Shown here piece by piece: positions 9,647-18,231 of a stretch of DNA of 43,029 bases (its first letter is position 1; every line of letters begins with the position of its first letter). The notes under the pieces are model-generated. The model did not search any database. It was not told where the DNA came from and was given only the letters and a program-made list of their open reading frames with translations. The translations under genes and the position numbers were made by a program. Origin of the DNA: Hyphomicrobiales bacterium (GTDB lineage Bacteria > Pseudomonadota > Alphaproteobacteria > Rhizobiales > Xanthobacteraceae); the NCBI GenBank assembly GCA_026400425.1, contig JAPLPC010000218.1, forward strand, positions 1 through 43,029, read 5' to 3'.

Positions 9647-11215
9647 TCAGCCCAGCGAGATGTTCTCGAATTTAGGCTTGCCGAGCAGGTTGGGCTTGAA
9701 GCCCTTGACCTTCGCGGACAGCGCATCGAGTTCGAACTGAAACGCGAGCGGCGCCGATAGCGCGTTCTCAACCGTGAATTTTTGGATCTTGGCGAACACT
9801 TCGGCGCGCTTGGACAGATCCTCGCTGACGCGGCTTTCCTGGATCAGCTTCGAGAGCTCGGGATCGGCCGTGCGACCGGCGTTGTAATAGGCGCCTTTGT
9901 CGAATCCGAGCGCATAGGTCATGCTCGGGTCCGGACGTCCGGTCCAGGCCGACACCAGCAAATCGAACTTTTTCTCGGTGGCGAAGAACTGCGCGCTGAT
10001 CTCGGCGATGGTGCCGCGAGAAAATTTAAGCCGGATGCCGGCTTTGCCGAGCTGATCCTGAATCACCTCGCCGCGTCGCACGGAATCCTGATCCATGTAG
10101 CCACCGATGGTGAGTTCGAGACCGTCCTTGAATCCGGCTTCGGCGAGCAGCGCCTTGGCCTTTTCGACGTTGGTCGGATACATGCCGGCGACGTCCTTGT
10201 TGAACGCCCAGTGCGAGCTCGGCAGCGTCATGCGCGCGGGTTCACCGAGACCGTTGAGCGCTGCCTTGACGAAGGCGTCGCGATCGAGCGCGAAATTGAT
10301 CGCTTGCCGCACCTTGATGTTGTCGAGCGGCGCGCGGGCATAGTTCATGTAGAGCTGGATGCAATACAGCGTCGGCGAGCTCACCAGCTCCAGCGACTTG
10401 GCGCGCTCAATCACCGGCTTCAGCCGCGCCGGCAACTGGAACGCCATGTCGTTCTGGCCAGCAACAACCGAGCGCAAGGCCGTGGCGTTTTCCGGAATGA
10501 TGTTGAACTCGATGCCGTCGAGATACGGCCGGCCCTGACGCCAGTACTGGTCGTGACGCGTCACCACGATGATCTCGTTGTCGTTCCAGCGCACGAATTT
10601 CCACGGTCCGGCGCCGACCGGCTTGCGATCGGTCTCGTTGCCGAGCGCCTTGATATTGGTGGGTGACACCATCATGCCCGCGCGGTCCGACAGGATCGCC
10701 GGCAGTGCAGTGTCGGGGTTCTTGAGCTTCAGCGTGACCTGGAGTGGCCCGGTGACTTCGACCGCCTCGACACTGGACAGATCGGGCTTCACATTGGAGC
10801 GCTGGTCGCTGCGGTTACGTTCGAGATTGAACTTCACCGCCTCGGCATCCATCGGCGTGCCGTCGTGGAATTTGATGCCGGTGGTGATGTCGAGCACCAT
10901 GGTCTTCGGATCCGGGAACGCCCACTTCGCCATGCCCGGCTTCGGCTTCAGCGTCTCGTAGTCCCACTCCACCAACGTGTCATACATGGTCCACAGAATG
11001 CTGTGGTCCGAACCCGCTCCGCCGGTGGCCGGATCGAGCGACGATGGATTGGCCGGTGCAGCGACTTTGAGTACCCCGCCTTTCTTGCCCTCCTGGGCCC
11101 AGGCCGGCAGGCCCAGCGCGCCGGTGGCGGCAACGCCGCCCATCAATGCGAGGATGTCGCGACGGTGCAAAGTGCGCTTGCCCATCTCGATCTCGGTCGT
11201 GTCGATCTTGGTCAT
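9647..11215 (-). CDS. ABC transporter substrate-binding protein, family 5, with Tat signal peptide
   Basis: Twin-arginine HRRDIL followed by a hydrophobic stretch and AWA cleavage site. Family-5 motifs SLDP, KFHDGTPMDAEAVKFN, PVGAGPWKF and VRQAINFALDR. RBS GGGAGG upstream. Confidence 0.92.
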   Translation of the reverse strand: MTKIDTTEIEMGKRTLHRRDILALMGGVAATGALGLPAWAQEGKKGGVLKVAAPANPSSLDPATGGAGSDHSILWTMYDTLVEWDYETLKPKPGMAKWAFPDPKTMVLDITTGIKFHDGTPMDAEAVKFNLERNRSDQRSNVKPDLSSVEAVEVTGPLQVTLKLKNPDTALPAILSDRAGMMVSPTNIKALGNETDRKPVGAGPWKFVRWNDNEIIVVTRHDQYWRQGRPYLDGIEFNIIPENATALRSVVAGQNDMAFQLPARLKPVIERAKSLELVSSPTLYCIQLYMNYARAPLDNIKVRQAINFALDRDAFVKAALNGLGEPARMTLPSSHWAFNKDVAGMYPTNVEKAKALLAEAGFKDGLELTIGGYMDQDSVRRGEVIQDQLGKAGIRLKFSRGTIAEISAQFFATEKKFDLLVSAWTGRPDPSMTYALGFDKGAYYNAGRTADPELSKLIQESRVSEDLSKRAEVFAKIQKFTVENALSAPLAFQFELDALSAKVKGFKPNLLGKPKFENISLG

Positions 11216-11236
11216 GTGAAATTCCTCCCGATGATT

Positions 11237-12280
11237 CTACGCGCTTGGCGCTTTTTGATTGTCGGCTGGTGGTCCGTCGGCGGTAGCGAAATGGCAGGCG
11301 ACCCGATGGCCCGGCTTGACGTCGCGCCAGACAGGCACCTCCTCCGCGCAGCGCGGCTGCACCGAGGGACAGCGCGTGCGGAAGCGGCAGCCCGACGGCG
11401 GCGCCACCGGGCTCGGAATTTCGCCTTCGAGAATGATACGGCGATCGACGCGCAGGTGGGTCGGCAGCGGAACCGGCTCCGCCGAGAGGAGCGCCCGCGT
11501 ATACGGATGCAACGGGCGCTCGACGACGTCCTCGGCCGGACCGAGCTCCATCAGCTTGCCTAGATAGGTGACGGCGATGCGATCGGAGATGTGCGAGACC
11601 ACCGAGATGTCGTGGGTGATGAACACATAGGTCAGCCCGAATTCGCGCTGCAGGTCCGCAAATAAATTCAGCACGTCACCACGAATGGACACGTCGAGCG
11701 CCGCCACCACCTCGTCGCAGACGATGACCTTCGGCCGCAGCGTCAGCACGCGCGCGATGTTGACGCGCTGTTTCTGGCCGCCGGACAGCTGATGCGGATA
11801 GCGATCGGCAGCTTCGGCGGCAAGTCCGACACGCTCCAGCACCTCGATGCCGCGGCGACGACGTGATGCCGGGTCGCCCTCGCCCATGACCTCCATTGGC
11901 TCCATCACGCTGTCGATGATGGTCATGCGCGGGTTCAGCGCCGCATTGGGGTCCTGGAAAATGATCTGATAGTCGCGGCGATGGTTGCGGAACGCGCCGC
12001 TGCCGAGCGATGCGGGATCGGTGCCGTCGTGCAGGATCTGGCCGTGGCTCGGCGGCAGCAGAGACACCAGCGCGCGGCCGAGCGTGGTCTTGCCCGAACC
12101 GGACTCACCGATGATACCGAAGGTCTCGCCGGCGCGAACCTCGAAATCCATGCCGTCGATGGCCTTCACGGTGTCGCGGCCATCGCGGGTCGGGAACAGG
12201 ATGCGAAGATCGCGCACCGCGAGAATGCCGGTTTCGGAAGCGACGCGTGCGGACTGCATGTGAGCGGACGAAGGCATCAA
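11237..12280 (-). CDS. Peptide/nickel ABC transporter ATP-binding subunit, DppF-like
   Basis: GESGSGKTT, LSGGQKQR, VCDEVVAALD, HPYT and PSGCRFRTRC. Confidence 0.92.
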   Translation of the reverse strand: MMPSSAHMQSARVASETGILAVRDLRILFPTRDGRDTVKAIDGMDFEVRAGETFGIIGESGSGKTTLGRALVSLLPPSHGQILHDGTDPASLGSGAFRNHRRDYQIIFQDPNAALNPRMTIIDSVMEPMEVMGEGDPASRRRRGIEVLERVGLAAEAADRYPHQLSGGQKQRVNIARVLTLRPKVIVCDEVVAALDVSIRGDVLNLFADLQREFGLTYVFITHDISVVSHISDRIAVTYLGKLMELGPAEDVVERPLHPYTRALLSAEPVPLPTHLRVDRRIILEGEIPSPVAPPSGCRFRTRCPSVQPRCAEEVPVWRDVKPGHRVACHFATADGPPADNQKAPSA

Positions 12281-13320
12281 GTCACGGCTCCCTGCAATTC
12301 GAGATCGGGTGCACGCCAGCAGCGCACGGTGCGGCTGGCCTCGACGCCGATCATCGGCTGATCCTGCTCGCAGCCCGCCATGGCATGGGGACAGCGTGCG
12401 CGAAAGCGACAGCCTGGCGGCATCGCGCTGGGCGACGGCACGCGGCCGGGAATCGAGGCGAGCACGCCGCGGCGCTGGCTCAGCCCCGGCCGAGATCGCA
12501 GCAAACCTGACGTATAGGGATGGCGCGGCCGCATCAGCACGTCATCGACCGGCGCGTCCTCGACCACTTCGCCGGCATACATGGTGATCATGCGCGTGCA
12601 GGTCTCGGCGACAACGCCGAGATCGTGGGTGATGAAGATCAGGGCGGTGCCGGTCCGCTCGCTCAGGGAGCGCAACAGATCGGTGATCTGCGCCTGCACG
12701 GTGACATCGAGCGCCGTGGTCGGCTCATCGGCGACCAGCAGTTTCGGTTTGCAGATCAGCGCCATCGCGATCATCACGCGCTGCCGCATGCCGCCGGATA
12801 GCTGATGCGGATATTCGTCACAGCGGCGCTCCGGCGCGGGAATGCCGACTTCACGCAATGCATCGATGGAACGCGCGCGGCCCTCGGCGCGGCTGACCGG
12901 AAAATGGATACGATAGGCTTCGCTGATCTGGTCGCCGACGGTGAACACCGGATCGAGCGCGCTCATCGGCTCCTGAAAGATCATCGCGATTTCGCGCCCG
13001 CGCACGGCACGCATCTGCCGCGGAGACAAGGTCGCCAGGTTGGTCCCGTTGAACAGGATGTCGCCCTGGATGCGCGCGGACTGCGCGGGCAGCAGCCGCA
13101 GCAGCGACAGCCCGGTCACTGTCTTGCCGCAGCCGCTCTCACCAACCAGACCTACCCGCTCACCGGGGGCGATGGAGAAACTCACCTTGCGGGTGATCGG
13201 CAACGCGCCGCGGCCGGCTGCGAATGACAGCGAGAGATCGCGCACCTCGAGCAACGGCGGCTGCGACGCCTCGATCCGGGGGGCAGCATGCGCAACTGGA
13301 ATGTCGATAGCGCCCGTCAT
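12277..13320 (-). CDS. Peptide/nickel ABC transporter ATP-binding subunit, DppD-like
   Basis: [25 protein letters not shown] and HPYT. Start placed at ATG 13320 (MTGAID) because of a GGAGG RBS at 13328-13332. Confidence 0.9.
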   Translation of the reverse strand: MTGAIDIPVAHAAPRIEASQPPLLEVRDLSLSFAAGRGALPITRKVSFSIAPGERVGLVGESGCGKTVTGLSLLRLLPAQSARIQGDILFNGTNLATLSPRQMRAVRGREIAMIFQEPMSALDPVFTVGDQISEAYRIHFPVSRAEGRARSIDALREVGIPAPERRCDEYPHQLSGGMRQRVMIAMALICKPKLLVADEPTTALDVTVQAQITDLLRSLSERTGTALIFITHDLGVVAETCTRMITMYAGEVVEDAPVDDVLMRPRHPYTSGLLRSRPGLSQRRGVLASIPGRVPSPSAMPPGCRFRARCPHAMAGCEQDQPMIGVEASRTVRCWRAPDLELQGAVT

Positions 13321-13412
13321 CGCAGCGCCTCCGCGGGCACGCGCCAGCGGCACAGACGGAGCTGTCGGGATGTTGCCAGTCGACCCTGCGCCGACGTGAA
13401 CGATGTCGCCAT
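13317..13412 (-). CDS. Putative 31-aa small ORF leading the transporter operon ([31 protein letters not shown])
   Basis: Strong RBS AAGGGAGG 5 nt before ATG 13412. Its TGA overlaps the ATPase ATG (ATGA). No recognisable domain. Confidence 0.4.
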   Translation of the reverse strand: MATSFTSAQGRLATSRQLRLCRWRVPAEALR

Positions 13413-13532
13413 CTTGACCTCCCTTGCCATCCCTGCCCTGCAGATCTTGACGATCTTGCATCGGGACGTCCCATCGTCGTCCGGCTTGAGCCGGTATCTA
13501 TTGGCGCGATGGAGCTTCATGAAAGGCCCATC

Positions 13533-13551
13533 ATTGTCGATTGTCAACAAT
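13533..13551. promoter_or_regulatory. Candidate GntR/FadR operator
   Basis: ATTGTCGATTGTCAACAAT contains the near-palindrome ATTGT-CA-ACAAT plus a tandem ATTGTC half-site. It lies in the divergent intergenic region next to the GntR gene. Confidence 0.55.
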
Positions 13552-13607
13552 TGACTTCCGCGACACAACGGCCTTGAGTGCGCAACACGCATCGACAGGA
13601 GGGTGTC

Positions 13608-14420
13608 ATGGCGGCGGTGCTTCGCAAGCCATCGACTGAGACGGACAATGACGTCGAACGGAAGTTTGCCCCGCGCACGCTTCCCGATCAGGTCGCGGAA
13701 GAACTCGGCGCCGAGATCGTCTCCGGCCGTCGCAAGGCGGGTGAACGACTCGTCGAGCTGGATCTTGCGCGCGACTTCGGCGTCAGCCGCGGTCCGATCC
13801 GCGAAGCGATCCGCATTCTCGAGCGCCGCCGACTGGTCGATGTGTTTCCGCGGCGCGGCGCTTACATCAAGCCGATGTCGCTCAAGTCGGTTGCAGATCT
13901 GTTCAATGTCCGCACGGCGCTGTCGATGCTCGCCGTCCGTACGATGGCGACGTCACCCGTGGAAAGCTTTATCGATACGCTCGCGCGCCGCTGCGATGAA
14001 TTGAAAGCACTGATCGACATCGACGATCCCATGGGCTTTGCGCGCACCACGACGAGAGCGGTCAAAACCATCGCCCGCGGATCCGGCAACGACCTGCTGG
14101 TCGAACTGCTCACCGACCTTGCCAACCAGACGGTCTGGGAAACCATCTGGAAGACCCCGCTGGACTACCAGACCCGCGACGTCCGCCAGCTCAGCGCCGA
14201 CCAGATGGCCGCGACGCTCAAGGCGATAAAGCAGCGCAGGCCGAAAGCCGCAGTGACGCATCTTGGTCAGTTGTTGGAATCAGATCGCGACCGCGCTCTG
14301 GCTACCCTGTCCCGCATTCGTGGCGAGACCCTCGATTTCAGCGGACTCACGCTTCAGGACGGCGTCGCTACGACGGCGGCCGACCTCGCACTCGCTAGGT
14401 CAATACCGGGACGCTCCTAG
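13608..14420 (+). CDS. GntR-family (FadR/FCD-type) transcriptional regulator
   Basis: wHTH GERLVELDLARDFGVSRGPIREAIRIL...PRRGAY. RBS AGGAGGG before ATG 13608. Divergent from the transporter/ligase/carboxylase operon. Confidence 0.9.
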   Translation: MAAVLRKPSTETDNDVERKFAPRTLPDQVAEELGAEIVSGRRKAGERLVELDLARDFGVSRGPIREAIRILERRRLVDVFPRRGAYIKPMSLKSVADLFNVRTALSMLAVRTMATSPVESFIDTLARRCDELKALIDIDDPMGFARTTTRAVKTIARGSGNDLLVELLTDLANQTVWETIWKTPLDYQTRDVRQLSADQMAATLKAIKQRRPKAAVTHLGQLLESDRDRALATLSRIRGETLDFSGLTLQDGVATTAADLALARSIPGRS

Positions 14421-14465
14421 CCTGCTTGATCTGGATCCAATCGGCACGCTCGATCGAACGACCGC

Positions 14466-15719
14466 TCAGGCCGGTGCGACCAGCAACAGGGCCGCCAGCG
14501 CCAGCAGCAATGCGGGCGGCATGACCACCAAGCCGACTTTCAAGAATTCGAGCGCACTCACATGTTCGGACTCGCGGCGCAAGGCGATGAGCCACAGGAT
14601 GGTTGCCAACGAACCTGTTACCGACAGATTGGGGCCGATATCGACGCCGATCAGAATGGCGGCCGTGATATGCGCGGGCAGATCCGCGGCGTGACTCGTG
14701 GTGGCCGCGATCAAGCCCATGGGCAGATTGTTGACGAGGTTCGACCCCACTGCCACCGCGATGCCCGACGCCCATGCGGTCAGCTCCGGCGAGGTTGCGA
14801 CCGCGTCTTTCAGCAAACGCGCCAAAGCGGGTAGCACGCCGGTCTTGTTAAGGCCCTCGACCAACACGAACAGACCAGCCACCAGCGGCAACACCGACCA
14901 CGATACGTCTCTGAGAACGCCGACCGGCGACTGTCGCGCCATCGCAAGCACCGCAACGGCGACGACCCCGCCGGACACGAAGGTCGGCAGGCCGAGGTCG
15001 CGGCCAAGTGCGGATGCGATCATCAGGACAAAGGCCGTGAGCACGATGCCCGCGGCCGCGAGCTTGCCGCCAAATGGCAACGGCGCGATGTGATCGACCG
15101 ACGCGACCACGCCCCGCAGGCTCTTTCGCTGCGTCAAACGCAAGGCGACGTAGGTGCTCGCGATCGCTGCCAGGGACGGCAGGGCGAACAGCTTGAGCCA
15201 ATCGAGAAGTGGCGGCATCTTCTCGCCGAAGACGACCAGATTCGCAGGGTTAGAGATCGGCAGCACGAAGCTCGCTGCGTTCGCGATGAAGGCGCAGATG
15301 AACAGGTATGGCAGCGGCTCGACCTTGGCCGCCCTGGTCGCGGCATACACGGCCGGCGTCAGCACGACGGCGGTCGCGTCGTTCGAAAGAAACACCGTCA
15401 CCACGGTGCCGACCAGATAGACGATGAGGAACAGCCGATGGGCGGACTGGTTTGCCGCGCGCACAGCAAGGGCGGCAAGAAAGTCGAACAACCCTTCCTT
15501 GCGCGCCACCTCGGCCAGCAGCATCATGCCGATCAGAAACAGATAGACGTCCGTCCCCTTGGCCACTGCCCCCAACGCATCGGCAACCGGCAACAAATGC
15601 AACGCCACCAGCAAACATGCACCTGCGGCTGCCCAGATATATTCCGGCCAAGAGAACGGGCGCACGACCACCCCGAAGGTCGCGACCGCTGCGATCGACC
15701 ACGTCACAACGTGAATCAT
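14466..15719 (-). CDS. ArsB/NhaD-family membrane anion permease
   Basis: Highly hydrophobic, with motifs FLSNDATAVVLTP, ANAASFVLPISNPANL, NLVNNLP and GPNLSVTGSLATILW. Start is uncertain (ATG 15719; the ORF extends to 15773). Confidence 0.85.
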   Translation of the reverse strand: MIHVVTWSIAAVATFGVVVRPFSWPEYIWAAAGACLLVALHLLPVADALGAVAKGTDVYLFLIGMMLLAEVARKEGLFDFLAALAVRAANQSAHRLFLIVYLVGTVVTVFLSNDATAVVLTPAVYAATRAAKVEPLPYLFICAFIANAASFVLPISNPANLVVFGEKMPPLLDWLKLFALPSLAAIASTYVALRLTQRKSLRGVVASVDHIAPLPFGGKLAAAGIVLTAFVLMIASALGRDLGLPTFVSGGVVAVAVLAMARQSPVGVLRDVSWSVLPLVAGLFVLVEGLNKTGVLPALARLLKDAVATSPELTAWASGIAVAVGSNLVNNLPMGLIAATTSHAADLPAHITAAILIGVDIGPNLSVTGSLATILWLIALRRESEHVSALEFLKVGLVVMPPALLLALAALLLVAPA

Positions 15720-16214
15720 GTTTCCCACGGCAGCATTACCCAATCTTTCTGTCTGGCTGAGCGTCGCCGCCAAGGTAGCAGGATCGCCACGGCCGGCGCC
15801 ACCAAGATGGTCGTGGCGCGTCAGCCGCTCCGAAGGTTTACAATGGCATGAAAAGAAAACGAGCGGCCCCCGTCCTGGATCGGTGTCGGCCTACACAAGG
15901 TTCGTCGCTCAGATCGTGCATTTTACCGGCTGTGGAACGGCCGACGTCGCCTTGAGTTCCACTACAAGGTGAAGCAGATGCGCGGTTCATGCTCGGTCGT
16001 AAACCCTCGCGCGCTGCCACGCGTACAAGTTGCTCTCACGAGCCGCAACCTACACAAAAAACTCGCGCAAATATGAATGAGCCCGCTTGCTGGAAGCTGC
16101 TATACCGACAAGGTATTCGGACGGTCCGAAGCTCTGCCATCAAAGCCGGGACCGCTCGACGCTGAAAATACCGATCATCCGAATGCGACCTAGCGGTCCC
16201 CTGGAGGCATCATC

Positions 16215-16427
16215 TTGACGATCTATGACGACAACGTCCAACGGGCGATCGAGGACCGCAACATAGAGTTGCTGATCCAGTATGCGTATGGCTATCCCTG
16301 CCGATGCACGACGGTCAAAGGCGAAGCGAAATGCATCTGCAAGATGCAATCAGATGCCCTCCGCAAGAAATTGCAGCCACAGCCGCTGTTTCAAGACATC
16401 ATTCAGCCAGCCGACATGGCTTCCTAG
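16215..16427 (+). CDS. Small hypothetical protein (70 aa) with CxC-x8-CxC motif
   Basis: GGAGG RBS at 16203-16207 and TTG start. Protein-like composition with YPCRCTTVKGEAKCICKM. Same strand as, and directly upstream of, DUF2256 and the cryptochrome. Confidence 0.6.
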   Translation: MTIYDDNVQRAIEDRNIELLIQYAYGYPCRCTTVKGEAKCICKMQSDALRKKLQPQPLFQDIIQPADMAS

Positions 16428-16506
16428 CAGACGCGAGCAAGGCAGCGACCCTCACGAATGGCTCAGGCCGCTGGATCCTGCTCGATGGGTAAATCAGAGA
16501 CCGCCA

Positions 16507-16689
16507 TTGCCGAAGATGCGCCTGAAAGAGAACCTGCCCCAGAAACTTTGCGCAGCGTGTGGACGCCCATTTTCCTGGCGTAAGAAATGGGAGAAGGATT
16601 GGGGCGAGGTCAAAACCTGTTCGGTCCGCTGCAAAGCCGAGCGCCGTAAGGCCAAACCGCCCATGCCGGGGGGCGTCGATCCATCATGA
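16507..16689 (+). CDS. DUF2256 domain small protein
   Basis: LPQKLCAACGRPFSWRKKW...W..VKTCSVRCK is the DUF2256 signature. Start is TTG 16507 or ATG 16516, and the stop overlaps the cryptochrome ATG (ATGA). Confidence 0.88.
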   Translation: MPKMRLKENLPQKLCAACGRPFSWRKKWEKDWGEVKTCSVRCKAERRKAKPPMPGGVDPS

Positions 16690-18209
16690 CGCAATTGCGA
16701 TTGGTGCTCGGTGATCAGCTGACCCGAAACGTCGCAGCGTTGCGCGACATCACCCAGGGTGACATCGTCCTGATGGCCGAAGTGGCGGACGAGACATCCT
16801 ATGTCAAACACCACAAGCAGAAGATCGCCTTCCTGTTCTCTGCAATGCGGCACTTTGCCGACGAATTGCGGAACGACGGTTTTCGGGTCGATTATGTCAA
16901 ACTCGGTGATGCCGGTAACAGCGGCTCGATCGTCGGTGAGTTGCGTCGGGCCGTGGCGCGCCACAAGCCCACGCACGTGGTCGCGACATGGCCGGGCGAG
17001 TGGCGGCTGTATTCCGAACTCTCCGCGCTCGATCTCGGTATTCCGCTCGAGATCCGCGAGGATGATCGTTTCTTTGCGAGCATCGAACGTTTCGCGCAAT
17101 GGGCCTCCGGACGCAAATCACTGCGGATGGAATTTTTCTACCGCGAGATGAGGCGTGAGACCTCCCTCTTGATGGAGGGCGATGACCCGATGGGCGGACA
17201 GTGGAACTACGACACTGACAACCGCAAACGGTTACCCAAGACTATTCCGTTGCCGCAGCGGTTCGGCTTTCCGCCAGACCAGATCACACAGGAAGTAATC
17301 GACCTCGTCCGCGAGACGTTTGCGGATCATTTTGGCGATCTCGACGATTTCCGATGGGCGGTGACGCGCGCGGATGCTCTGCGCGCCCTGGACGATTTTC
17401 TCGCCGAGGCATTGCCGAACTTCGGCAAATATCAGGACGCAATGGCCAGCGACGAACCCTTCGTGGTTCACGCGGGGATATCCCCCTATCTCAATGCCGG
17501 CCTGCTGACGCCGCGCGAGGTCTGCACCGCCGCCGAACGCGAATACATCGAGCGACGGGCCCCGCTCAATGCAGTCGAAGGCTTCATCCGGCAAATTCTC
17601 GGATGGCGCGAATATGTCCGCGGCGTCTATTGGCTGAAAATGCCGAACTATGCCGAAGCCAACGCACTCAAGGCGAGCCGTCCATTGCCATGGCTCTATT
17701 GGTCGGGAGAAACGGACATGCACTGCATGTCCCAGGCGATTGGCCAGACCAAGCGCACCGCCTACGCGCATCATATTCAGCGGCTGATGGTGACGGGAAA
17801 CTTTGCGTTGCTGGCCGGTATCGCGCCGAAGCAGATCGCGGAGTGGTATCTCGTCGTTTATGCCGACGCCTATGAGTGGGTCGAGTTACCCAATGTGCAG
17901 GGCATGTCGCAATTCGCCGACGGCGGTTTGCTTGCGTCCAAACCCTACGCGTCATCCGGTGCCTATATCGACCGCATGTCCGATTACTGCAAGACCTGTG
18001 CTTACGACGTCAAAATCAAATCTGGTGCCAATGCCTGTCCGTTCAATTTCTTGTACTGGGCGTTTCTCATCCGCAACGCGCGCGTTCTGCGCAACAATCA
18101 CCGGATGGCAATGCCATATCGAACGCTGGCGGGATGGGAGGAAGGCCGGCAGGCCGCCATCACGGCAGAGGCGGAAGAATTTCTCGACCGACTTGCAAAT
18201 GACCGTTGA
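16686..18209 (+). CDS. Fe-S bacterial cryptochrome/(6-4) photolyase (FeS-BCP; PhrB/CryB type)
   Basis: LVLGDQL, HHKQKI..FSAMRHFA, RMEFFYR, GGQWNYD, RQILGWREY and YAHHIQRLMVTGNF. The four Fe-S cysteines are present (TDMHC, MSDYCKTC, ACPFN). Confidence 0.93.
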   Translation: MTQLRLVLGDQLTRNVAALRDITQGDIVLMAEVADETSYVKHHKQKIAFLFSAMRHFADELRNDGFRVDYVKLGDAGNSGSIVGELRRAVARHKPTHVVATWPGEWRLYSELSALDLGIPLEIREDDRFFASIERFAQWASGRKSLRMEFFYREMRRETSLLMEGDDPMGGQWNYDTDNRKRLPKTIPLPQRFGFPPDQITQEVIDLVRETFADHFGDLDDFRWAVTRADALRALDDFLAEALPNFGKYQDAMASDEPFVVHAGISPYLNAGLLTPREVCTAAEREYIERRAPLNAVEGFIRQILGWREYVRGVYWLKMPNYAEANALKASRPLPWLYWSGETDMHCMSQAIGQTKRTAYAHHIQRLMVTGNFALLAGIAPKQIAEWYLVVYADAYEWVELPNVQGMSQFADGGLLASKPYASSGAYIDRMSDYCKTCAYDVKIKSGANACPFNFLYWAFLIRNARVLRNNHRMAMPYRTLAGWEEGRQAAITAEAEEFLDRLANDR

Positions 18210-18231
18210 CCGATCGCACCGACGTTCCCCG

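Noticed and set aside
13321-13461. 47-aa N-terminal extension of the DppD-like ATPase in the ORF track
   Set aside because: A better RBS (GGAGG) precedes ATG 13320, and the region is better explained by the overlapping 31-aa ORF.
15837-16060. Repeated TACA/CCTACACAA words suggesting a LitR/CarH-type light-responsive operator upstream of the cryptochrome unit
   Set aside because: Spacing is irregular (not 11-bp tandem or fixed-spacer dyads), and no such regulator is in the window.
15852-16076. Stop-free plus-strand frame (...GVGLHKVRRSDRAFYRLWNGRRRLEFHYKVKQMR...) that could be a gene remnant
   Set aside because: No convincing start or RBS and no recognisable family. It would need a tBLASTn hit to be supported.
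16157-16195. GCTGAAAATACC...GATC resemblance to a TPP riboswitch
   Set aside because: It lacks CTGAGA and the ACCTGA...TAAT...GCGNAGG core, and no thiamine-related gene is downstream.
16282-16506. 135-aa version of the DUF2256 ORF
   Set aside because: The N-terminal part overlaps the 70-aa ORF in another frame. DUF2256 proteins are small, and the domain starts at about 16507.
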